A DNA stretch of 64,000 nt. Origin: Acidobacteriota bacterium. GTDB lineage: Bacteria; Acidobacteriota; Thermoanaerobaculia; Gp7-AA8. The position numbers and the translations under genes are program-made. Location of the stretch: assembly GCA_019244185.1 (NCBI GenBank), contig JAFATB010000025.1:96001-160000 (forward strand), written 5' to 3'. Numbering within the stretch: position 1 is the stretch's first letter; every line of letters begins with the position of its first letter. Shown here in pieces: positions 51,501-57,400 of this stretch. The notes below the pieces were generated by a model. The model was given only the letters and a program-made list of their open reading frames with translations. It had not been told where the DNA came from and ran no database searches.

Positions 51501-53384
51501 GTCGCGCTGTACGCGCGCGTTCGCGCGATCGACACGCGCTGCCAGCCGTCGCCGACCGTCAGCGCGTACGGTTCCACCTCCGCGATCTTCATCCTGCCGA
51601 ACGCCGGCGAAGCGTCCGCGCCCTTCGGCCAGAGCGGCACGACGTCGTTCTCCATTCCGCTCGGCAGCGAGTTCGCCGGACAAGGCTTCACCGCGACGCC
51701 GAATCAGCCGTGGCTCACGGTTACTCCGGCCTCCGGCGTCGTGCCTCCGAGCGGCATCACGCTGCACGTCGTCGCCGACGCCGCCTCACTCCCGGTCGGC
51801 ACGAGCCTCGGCGGCGTGCGCGTCGCGCTCACCGGCGCGTCGTCGTCGAACGCCGCGCGTAAGGCGTCGAGCGTCTTCACCTCGACGATGACGATGAACC
51901 TCGTCACGCCGGTGTCGCCGGTACCGCACGACACGCCGCCGCCCGACGCGCTCATCATCCCCGCCGTCGCCCACGCGACCGGCATCAACTCGCAGTTCGA
52001 GTCCGACGTACGCGTGACGAACGCGTCGCCCGAGGTCGTGCAGTACCAGCTCACGTTCACGCCGAGCGGCGAGGACGGGATCAGCGACGGACGGCAGACC
52101 ACGTTCTCGATCGAGCCGGGGAACACCATCGCGCTCGACGACATCCTGCGCACGTGGTTCGGCACCGGCTCGGGCAGCATCGCCGGCGTGCTCGAAGTGC
52201 GCCCGCTCACGCAGACGGCGCCGTTCACGTCGAGCGCCGCGTTCTCCGGTCTTGCCGACCTCACCTCGTTCGCGTCGTCGCGCACGTTCAACGTCACGCC
52301 CAACGGCACGTTCGGCCAGTACATCCCGGCCATTCCGTTCGCGAACTTCGTCGGCGGCCTCGTGAACGGCAGCCGGTCCGTCATCTCGCTGCAGCAGGTC
52401 GCACAGTCCGACCGCTATCGCACGAACCTCGGCATCGTCGAAGGTTCCGGCGAGCCGGCGTCGCTCACGCTCACCGTCTTCGGCAGCAACGGCCAGCAGC
52501 TCGGCGCGTTCCCGATCGAGCTCGCCGGCGGCGAGCATCGCCAGCTCAACCTCGGCCAGCTCGGCGTGCCGTCGCTCGATGACGGTCGCGTCGAAGTCGC
52601 CGTCACCTCGCCCGGCGGCAAGATCACGGCGTACGCGTCGGTGCTCGACAACCAGACCAACGATCCGCTGCTCGTCTCGCCTGTCACGCTGAACGATCAG
52701 GGCGCGACGAAGTGGGTCATCCCCGGCGTCGCGGACCTCGACAACGGCACCGCGAACTGGCAGACCGACATGCGTCTCTTCAACGCCAGCACGACCGACG
52801 TCGACGCGTTGCTGTCGTTCTACTCGCAGAACGGCGGCACGCCGCGCACGCAGAGCATCACCATTCCCGCGGGCCAGGTACGCGAGCTCGATCGCACGCT
52901 GTCGAGCGTGTTCGGCGCGTCGAACGACGGCGGCGCGGTGCACGTCGAGACCGCGTCACCGGCGCGCCTCATCGCCACCGCGCGCACGTACAACCAGACC
53001 ACGCACGGCACGTACGGCCAGTTCATCTCCGGCGTCACGCCGGCGGAAGCGGCGGGCATCGAGAACCGTCCGCTGCAGCTGCTGCAGGTCGAGGAGAGCG
53101 ATCGTTTCCGCTCGAACATCGGCCTCGCCGAAGTCACCGGCAACCCCGTCACCATCGAGCTCTCCGTGCTGCCGCCGGACGCGAAAGTCACCGCGGTCAC
53201 GGAGCTCACGCTCGGCCCGAACGAGTTCCGTCAGCTGAACTCGCTCCTGCAGAGCGTGGGACTGGCGAACACGTACAACGCTCGCGTGACCGTGCGCGTG
53301 ATCGGCGGCACCGGCCGCGTCACCGCGTACGCGAGCGTGATCGACATGCAGACGAACGATCCGACCTACGTTCCGGCGCAGTGA
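39531..53384 (+). CDS. Giant (4617 aa) secreted surface protein: beta-solenoid repeats, parallel beta-helix modules, DUF11, Ig/PKD-like, Fn3-like, BACON-like and duplicated C-terminal module
   Basis: GAGGAG RBS, signal peptide, T/G/N/S-rich composition, uniform C/G third-position codon usage over 13.8 kb. Confidence 0.93.
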   Translation: MNRRWSVVVAVAALCLAPALYGTTNYQSNGAGGGDWLLPTTWSPLGIPGAGDTVTIVGTDTVIVTGIVSADSITVQGGQLELDLAGFLTANTVTVNAAFANAAVVLNGGALTTTGNIDIDGGSSTSAQLQFGALGGTLNDGGSLNFAGLLKQLTFSGAGTLNIAGDLGAGASFLAGGSTINFNGSGPQTINAYTFHDFSVSKATGTATLNGPITVNGSFAVTSGVLDDGGNQISLNAGSSSSITIGTNGVLKLGSAGSATSFPTPYASIFFSPGSTVVYHAGVAQSVNDALTYQNLWITTAGGSVTHTSAGPTLNVNGTLTILNNGANTATLSIGSSALDLNGNLAGDGTLSATSGAINISGDWAATTNLSAGTGSTVTYDGAFGSQNVGGVTYNNLTINKLLGTATLAGAATVNGNLNITAGSFDTGGQSLTVGGTLTNGSTLVAGASNVILGGNFTNNGALSGASATFKLNGTAAQTWTNNVGVTVGTLEMNNPVGATLSGAGGISVSTLLKLNGANVTVGGGGLFVDVLALISRTSGWIIGPLTLGMNPSPARTFPIGTAFAYLPVDADSGSAGQLTIEAVEGKHPSRTGNNVLDRYWRIESPSSVTPIDALTFHYNAGDVTTGTESQYGLAQYSAGIWTRKGDVVDEVNHNAGLTNVTGYFSDWIIGQPGSTGGASKLAITGVNGGSDPGVGAPFAVNIESQNDSGTPTSVSSGTVVALSVLAGAGPLGGTTSGTIFTNNSTLTINNVTYGTAENGVVLRATATSGDTLAFGDSTLFNVTAATTLTVTSLADSGAGTLRDAIATANGGGCTSPCTINFSVSGTINLTSALPTITASNLTIDGFTAPASLANTNAFGLAFNAFLGITLDGGSSTAAALDVQAIGAKIRGLVIRHFTSYGVRFSGTNTGSILSGCSIGTDGGIAAANGIGVYVDGANGVTIGGTAPADRNLISGNTNAGVSIINASSNITVEGNYIGTSATVTNVTPNTTGVTVGNGCTAISVGVAGTGNIISGNNGNGVELYASGTVVRANIIGGDGLGLGFLANGHGIYIAPGAGANTIGGASPADANTIVGNSGDGIRSEGTGDSIQNNRIGVAVDGTTAHGNSGSGIRLQGNASGNGIGWMMANTIAYNTGDGVSVIDTAIGNAIRTNAIYGNGGNAIDLGDDGPTANDATDSDTGPNGKQNYPSVSSAHLNGANLDVTFSLDSSGGTNANYFLVDVYKADGTGQAAAYVGSSTCLAGPTLATTYTFPAGSLTTGDKVVLGVSAYSDAGCATNSEGTSELSPSATVSGDVHWTGLTGAWELASNWLPAHVPTTNDNVYIDASGTYTVTLSSPASFNALHVGAASGTQTLGVNGSLSIGAPSSVDANGVFTLNSNLSGNGSLDVNSGGTLNWITGTIGGSAALNINSGATATLSSANTKVLSARLLTVATGGNLTWSGGTFFLQTGAAIANHGTFAIQSDATLADNGGAGAFDNYASVTKSVTTGVTTFGNVAFNHHSGTLDIQTGSINPANGTATAAISIGSSSELTIDSDTFTLGTGTSFSGTGALHVTGGTLTADGTFSVPNFKMDGGTLNGSGTISLAGGSWTTGTMSGSGTSTIPNAANISFSTANTKTLARALTIATGGTATWSGGTFFLQSGGTITNNGTFDAASDATMADNGGAGAFTNNNLFRKSAGSATATLLSGITLNNNGNIQVLTGTLNPATINNVGALSLTGELLVDSDTVTLSAGTTVSGSGTLKVTGGTLTIDGSPSIPLLRVDAGTVNGSGNFTSANLQWNSGTFSGSGTTTIPNLGVLTLGTGNTKVLARSLVISSGGVATVTGTGTLFLQSGGNITNNGLFGLEADSTIADNGAAGAFTNNATLRKSVTTGSTILGGITLNSTGTLDLQTGTLDLAGGTASGTLSLTSGAVFAVNSDSYTLSGTTVTGSGLVQLSGGALLINGSVTIPKFQQNGGTLDGTGTFTVGSLADWSTGTQQGSGTTSVANGAKLTLSSANTKVLMRALQTVAGGTLEVNGSGTMFLQSGGSIANNGALDLKADNTLTNGGAAGTIVNNGTITKSTTFGTTAISSIAFTNNGTLDLQSGIVNVAGAYTQSGTGTLHLWLGGTTPGTQYSQLVTASNPSLAGTLTVSLNGPYQPNGGDSFRALSIPGGTHAGDFNHPYGYPALALGRTFSDAFDTNGLLLTVSGNADLSIAKTAPSNVLAGNPINYTLTVSNAGPDAASGVTVTDLLPAGHSGITASGTGWNCNVVTLTVTCTATSMLATGAAPAITISATTPSVPSTILNTATVASANDTNAGNDSGSATVTLDAPQADVELTSQTPAGSVATSTPVSITFVLTNHGPQSATGVTLTATIPSSLAFNGATPASGSCGFAAGTLTCNVGTIAPLGSVNVVVNLTTGTTTGTQTPNGSVTAIETDPNPGNNSIPAPISVGGSSVTVTNVNDSGDGSLRQALLDAQSNVCASPCTIAFNIGSGVMIQPTSDLPALVTGTILDATTQPGYSGAPVLQLDLSLDPGNTAGLHVSGNNVTIRGLAITKATSGIEIDGNNAKIESNFIGIDLTDVTAANGIGMLIRGNNNTIGGGTAAKRNVISGNTTAGVQVESSATGNVVAGNFIGVDASGNLARANGTGVKFVAQASSNTIGGSAAEANVISGNTSYGVFIEGGATNATADANVVSYNSIGPSASGTIAFGASLAGVAVNDNAGATQIHHNTISGNGNGVELSGSGTTGAVVHSNLIGLASDGVTLMGNVQAGLVINGASDSVIGGTANGGNTISGNATNGINVVAGSGNEITGNTILAPSGLPIDLGADGATPNDIGDGDTGPNGRQNSPTLTGAFLDGGGNLHLSYNIDSSATSNGSILVEFFKASSGQPQTFLTRVCTAANAFGNGTSLLPSGIALGNTIVATATSYADNACNTIGDGTSEVSNAVVVTACTPPPVSISGPSASCAGNSVTLNAGSGYASYLWSTGAATQSITVSPTSTTTFTVTVTDANGCSNSASKTVNVTAAPVAAIAGPSATCAGTPVTLDAGAGFASYLWSNGATTQQITVTPSSTTSYSVTVGNGTCTTTSAPHTVTVSSTPVATITAPATVCAGSTGHVASAPTQAGATYNWIVTNGTLTAGQGTNSITFTAGATGNVALSVTATQGTCTSNGSTSVPIVQPPVVTITGPTTACPSTQFTLDAGSGYASYQWSNGATTPTITLAQLAPSAVYSVTVTTAAGCSATASHTVTLSAAPSAVITAPSSVTASSSGNAASVAATAGATYAWSVTNGHLDAGQGTSAIAFTAGASGNTVLHVTVTAGGCSSSSTKSVVNSGGNNNNGADLAITKTAPSSVNTGATLVYTINVVNHGPSAAAGVSITDDLPAGTTLLSIDDGPWTCGAAGSSIFCSGNAAAGASSTILLTVTAPQQPGTIVNHVAIDAATPDPDATNNSASAATNVVSPAPNCTSVPPSLVAPADGATNLTSPVTFTWSPVSGAAEYELWLDDQLAGSTTSATLTHVAPSGTNHWFVVARFTSGCDALTSATRTFDVTPNANCDAHTKTQITAPALNSTINAPVTFSWMPVPQAIGYRVWVDVDGGGLQDVGTTDGAIFLTANVPPGAVVAYVDALFSGCPPVRSDGLAFNVARPDPCASRATAAPIAPANNAVVASSSIDFQWTAASGASEYRVWAEVDDAPAALLGTTSDTILHATIAHGSIRWWIEALYDGCASTTSATSRFTVPAAQSCGTAVPSLVSPANGANVAAGNVTFSWSSVDGALGYELWLSHNHGTPALAGTTATTSLAHVVPAGTLTWFVRVLVDRCPARDSQRATFTATLADACAAHKRAVLVAPLRNAEVTSPAAFAWNGVAGATGYEVFVVRGHDAPQRIASTTATAVNGIALTPGRLRWFVRASFGGTCPALDSDDRRVTIVATPAACAPLEPPSITAPGQISANLPFLLQWTPSAGATAYQLQVASSANFSDAQLITTTGTQQPLVRPNDGHAPVALYARVRAIDTRCQPSPTVSAYGSTSAIFILPNAGEASAPFGQSGTTSFSIPLGSEFAGQGFTATPNQPWLTVTPASGVVPPSGITLHVVADAASLPVGTSLGGVRVALTGASSSNAARKASSVFTSTMTMNLVTPVSPVPHDTPPPDALIIPAVAHATGINSQFESDVRVTNASPEVVQYQLTFTPSGEDGISDGRQTTFSIEPGNTIALDDILRTWFGTGSGSIAGVLEVRPLTQTAPFTSSAAFSGLADLTSFASSRTFNVTPNGTFGQYIPAIPFANFVGGLVNGSRSVISLQQVAQSDRYRTNLGIVEGSGEPASLTLTVFGSNGQQLGAFPIELAGGEHRQLNLGQLGVPSLDDGRVEVAVTSPGGKITAYASVLDNQTNDPLLVSPVTLNDQGATKWVIPGVADLDNGTANWQTDMRLFNASTTDVDALLSFYSQNGGTPRTQSITIPAGQVRELDRTLSSVFGASNDGGAVHVETASPARLIATARTYNQTTHGTYGQFISGVTPAEAAGIENRPLQLLQVEESDRFRSNIGLAEVTGNPVTIELSVLPPDAKVTAVTELTLGPNEFRQLNSLLQSVGLANTYNARVTVRVIGGTGRVTAYASVIDMQTNDPTYVPAQ

Positions 53385-53411
53385 GGCGGGCGCGAACGCG
53401 TCCGCCTCACT
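53380..53411. terminator. Hairpin between convergent genes
   Basis: AGTGAGGCGGGCGC-GAAC-GCGTCCGCCTCACT containing both TGA stops. Confidence 0.55.
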
Positions 53412-53751
53412 CGCCGCGCGTGGCGCGGATGAGAGCTTCCATGTGCCCGAGGTACTTCTCGAGCGCGCGCTTGCCGGCGGCGGTGAGCGCGTACTCGGTC
53501 CTCGGCATGCGGCCTTCGAAGGACTTGCGGCAGATGAGATATCCGGCTTCCTCGAGCTTGCGGGCGTGGACGCTGACGTTGCCGTCGGTGGTCTTGAGAA
53601 TCGCCTTCAGCTCGTTGAACGAAAGCGTGGGATTGACGGCCAGCGCGCTCACGATCGCGAGACGCGTCTTCTCGTGGATGAGACGGTCGAAGTCGGGGAT
53701 GGCCGGCTCGACGACCGGCTGTGCTTTGCGCGCTGCTGCTGATTTAGCCAC
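53407..53751 (-). CDS. Winged-helix transcriptional regulator (MarR/ArsR-like)
   Basis: DRLIHEKTRLAIVSAL..FNELK..TDGNVSVHARKLEEAGY..PRTEYALT..G. Confidence 0.9.
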   Translation of the reverse strand: MAKSAAARKAQPVVEPAIPDFDRLIHEKTRLAIVSALAVNPTLSFNELKAILKTTDGNVSVHARKLEEAGYLICRKSFEGRMPRTEYALTAAGKRALEKYLGHMEALIRATRGE

Positions 53752-54328
53752 CGTAGCTCCTTGCGATGATCCAGCCGAACACGAGATGCAGTCCGCCGAA
53801 GCCCGCGCCGAGGAGCGCGTTGCCGGCGGACGGCGGAACGAAGCACGCGGCGATGCCGAGGAGCATGAAGCACACGCCCATCACCGGCACCACGCGGATC
53901 GAGTACGCGCCGCTGCCGACGAACGATGCGCCGTACAGCAGCAGCCACGCCGCGGCGAGCGGCGTGTAAACGTGCGCACTGCCGAGGACGTACGTCAGCG
54001 CCGCGCCCGCGACGATCGGCGCGAGGTAACTGCTGAAGAAGCGGCGCGCGGGCCCGCTGGTGAACGACACGTGCGCGCGGCGCGCCTTGCGGAGCATGGT
54101 CACGCCCGCGATCGCCGCCGCGACGACCGCTTCCGCGAGCCACGTCAGCAGCCAGCGGCGCGTGCCCGCGAACGGCTGCGCGACCACCGCGGCCGCGACG
54201 GCGGTCACGCCGACCGCGACGCCGCCCCACCCCGGAATCGACGTGAACGCGCTGGCGCGCTCCATCGCGTCGCGGATGTAACGGAGATTACTGATCGCAT
54301 GTTCATGCAGCGGCGCGGGTTCCTGCAT
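53744..54328 (-). CDS. Membrane protein paired with the wHTH regulator
   Basis: NLRYIRDAMER N-terminus, about 6 TM, FGGLHLVFG; TATCAT 7 nt before ATG 54328 (alternative start 54337). Confidence 0.8.
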   Translation of the reverse strand: MQEPAPLHEHAISNLRYIRDAMERASAFTSIPGWGGVAVGVTAVAAAVVAQPFAGTRRWLLTWLAEAVVAAAIAGVTMLRKARRAHVSFTSGPARRFFSSYLAPIVAGAALTYVLGSAHVYTPLAAAWLLLYGASFVGSGAYSIRVVPVMGVCFMLLGIAACFVPPSAGNALLGAGFGGLHLVFGWIIARSYGG

Positions 54329-54414
54329 CGGCCGCATGATAGCGCAAAGTTCTTTTCACCTCGGAGTTGTCTTACAATAACGCGCGGTTCCAATCCCGCA
54401 AGAGGAGTGTCTCG

Positions 54415-57400
54415 ATGCGCCGTTTGTCTGTCGTTCTGATCGTTCTGCTGCTCGCGGTCTCCGCGCTGCACGCCGCCACCATGCGCGTGCCCGCCGACGC
54501 CGAGCTCCTCGGCCGCGCCGACCTCGTCGTCGTCGCCACCGTCGACCACGTCGCCACGCGCGAGCTGCCCGACCACATGATCGTCACGGATCACCGCCTG
54601 CACGTCGTCGACGTGGTCAAAGGCGCCGCGCCCATGACGATCGTCGTGACCGAGGAAGGCGGCATGGCCAACGGCCACGGCGTCGCCATTCCCGGTTCCG
54701 CGAGCTACGCGAAAGGCACGCGCGTCCTAGCGTTCCTCCGCGACCGCGGCGACGGCACGTACTACACCGCGAACATGGCCCTCGGCGTCTTCCGCTTCGC
54801 CGGCGATCGCCTGACGCGCGAGACCGAAGGCATCGAGTCCGCCGACGGCACGGACGTGCCGCAGGGCGCGCTTCCCGCGCGCGAGTTCGTCGACTACGTG
54901 CGCGCGCTCGCGGACGGCCAGCCGGCCACGCGTCCGAACGTCATCGCGGAGAAAGCGTTCACGCCGGAGACGAATGCGGCGCTCAGCACGTACGTGCTGA
55001 AGGCGAGCGACAACACGCCGCTGCGCTGGAACTGCACGCCGCCGGCGCAGTGCAATGTCTGCACGGAACCGGTTAACCCGAGTCACACTCCCAGCATGTG
55101 CGGCTTTCGAATCAGCGGAACGCAAACTCCGACGAGCTCGCTGAATCAAATCGAAGCGTTGAACGACGCCATGAGCGCGTGGAACAACGACGCAAACTCG
55201 TACATCAATCTGACGCCGAACGGCACCGAGTCGAAGACCGGCCGCACAAATGACGACGTCAATGACATCGTTTTCGATTGGGACGGCTCGAACCCACATC
55301 CGAGCTGTGATGCTGCGATTGGCTGCGGCATCGTCTACTTCAACGGCTCTTCGAACGAGCACACGTTTCGCGGCACCACGTTCTACAACATCACTTCCTC
55401 AGACGTGCTCGTAAAGCACAGCGCGAGCCTCGGGCAAAACCTCTTTGAGGCCATTCTTGCGCACGAGCTTGGTCACAGCGTTGGCTTCACGCACGCGCCC
55501 ACCTCGGGCAACCTGATGAGTTCCTCGCTTCCTTCGAGTGCTATGGCTAAGCTCGGAAGTTGGGACAAGGAAGCGGCGGCCGAGATCTACGGCAACGGCC
55601 TCCCCTGCACGCCGGTCAGCGTGCAGTCGACCAGCGGCGGCGGCACCGTCACGAACGGCACGCCCGCGCACCTCTCCGTCACCGTCAACTCCGACAGCTC
55701 CGCGCCGATCACGTATCAGTGGTATGAAGGCACGAGCGGCAACACGTCCACGCCGGTCGGCACGAACAGCGCGAGCTACACGACCTCGCCGATCACCACC
55801 ACGCGCAACTTCTGGGTGCGCGTCACGAACTCCTGCGGCACCGCCGACAGCGCGACCATCACCGTCAACCCGAGCGTGTGCACCGGGCCGGTCATCAACG
55901 GCACGACCGGCGGCGGTTCGGTGACGTTCAACACGTCGGCGCATCTCGCCGTGCAGGTCGACGCGAGCAGCACCTCGCCGCTCAGCTATCAGTGGTACGA
56001 AGGCCCGACCGGCAACACGTCGAACCCCGTGGGCACGAACAGCTCGTACACGACGCCGCCGATCACGAGCTCGCACACGTACTGGGTGAAGGTCTCCAAC
56101 GCGTGCGGCAGCGCGAACAGCGCGAGCATCGAAGTGCACCCCGGCGCCTGCGACGCTCCGTCGATCACGACGCAGCCCGCGAGCCAGCACGTCGCGGCGG
56201 GCGGCACCGCCACGCTCCACGTCGCCGCGACCGGCACCGGCACGCTGACGTTCACGTGGTACACCGGCCCGGTCGGCAACACGTCGACGCCGGTCGGCAA
56301 CGGCCCCGACTTCACGACTCCCGCGCTGAACAGCACCGCCACGTACTGGGCGCGCGTCAGCAGCAACTGCGGCAGCGCCGACAGCGCGCTGGCCACGATC
56401 ACCGTCGGCACGCAGTGCGTTCCCGTCACGATCACCAGCCAGCCCGGCAGCGTGCAGACCACCGTCGGCGAGACCGTGCAGCTGCACGTCGTCGCGTCGG
56501 GCGATCCGACGATCACGTATCAGTGGTACGCCGGCGACACCGGCGACACGTCGCATCCGGTGCAGAGCGCGACGCCTCCGGGACCTCCCGTTCCCGCCGG
56601 CACGCTGATCATCGGACCCATCCCGACTGCAGGCACCACGAAGTACTGGGTGCGCGTGTCGAACGGCTGCGCCACCGTCGACAGCGTCACCGTCGCCGTC
56701 ACCGCGCTCTGCCCCGAGCTCACGAAGCCGAAGATCCACACCGCGCCGACCGTGCCGTACAACGTCAGCTACTTCGTCGGCTGGACGGGCGATCTCGTGA
56801 AGTCGCCGACGTTCGAGCTGCAGGAGTCGCGCACCGAGGACTTCTCGGGACCGGTCACGACGATGGTGGTGAACGCGCTGCAGAAGCAGCTCTCGCACGG
56901 TGAAGTCACGACCGACACGCGTTTCTACTATCGCGTGCGCGCGATCAACGGCTGCACGCAGCAGCCGAGCGACTACTCGAACACGACCTCGACCGCGGTC
57001 ACGCAGCCGCAGTCGCCGAACAGCACCGAGTTCCACATCAGCGTGCCCGCGACGACCTCGCAGTCGCTGACGCAGAACTACATCGTCCCCGGCTTCGGCA
57101 CGCACGCGACGGCCGGCGACACGTTCAGCATCACCACCGACGTGCCGTGGCTCTCGTTCTCCCCGGCAGCGGGCCCGCTTCCGTCGACCGGCGCGAACGT
57201 CGTCATCTCCGCCGACACCTCCGCGCTCGCCATCGGCACGACCACCGGCACCGTGCACGTGACGCGCACGCAGCCGTCGGGCGCGACGGCGCACGGCGCG
57301 GTGACGAATGCGACGAGCGTCTCGTCGACCGTGCCGTTCTCGATGAGCCTCGTCACGCCGATCACGCCGCAGCCGCGCGACACGAACCCGCCGGCTGGCA

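Noticed and set aside
39531-53384. Autotransporter, RTX or contact-dependent toxin
   Set aside because: No C-terminal barrel with terminal aromatic residue, no GGxGxD nonapeptide array, no toxin tip or immunity gene
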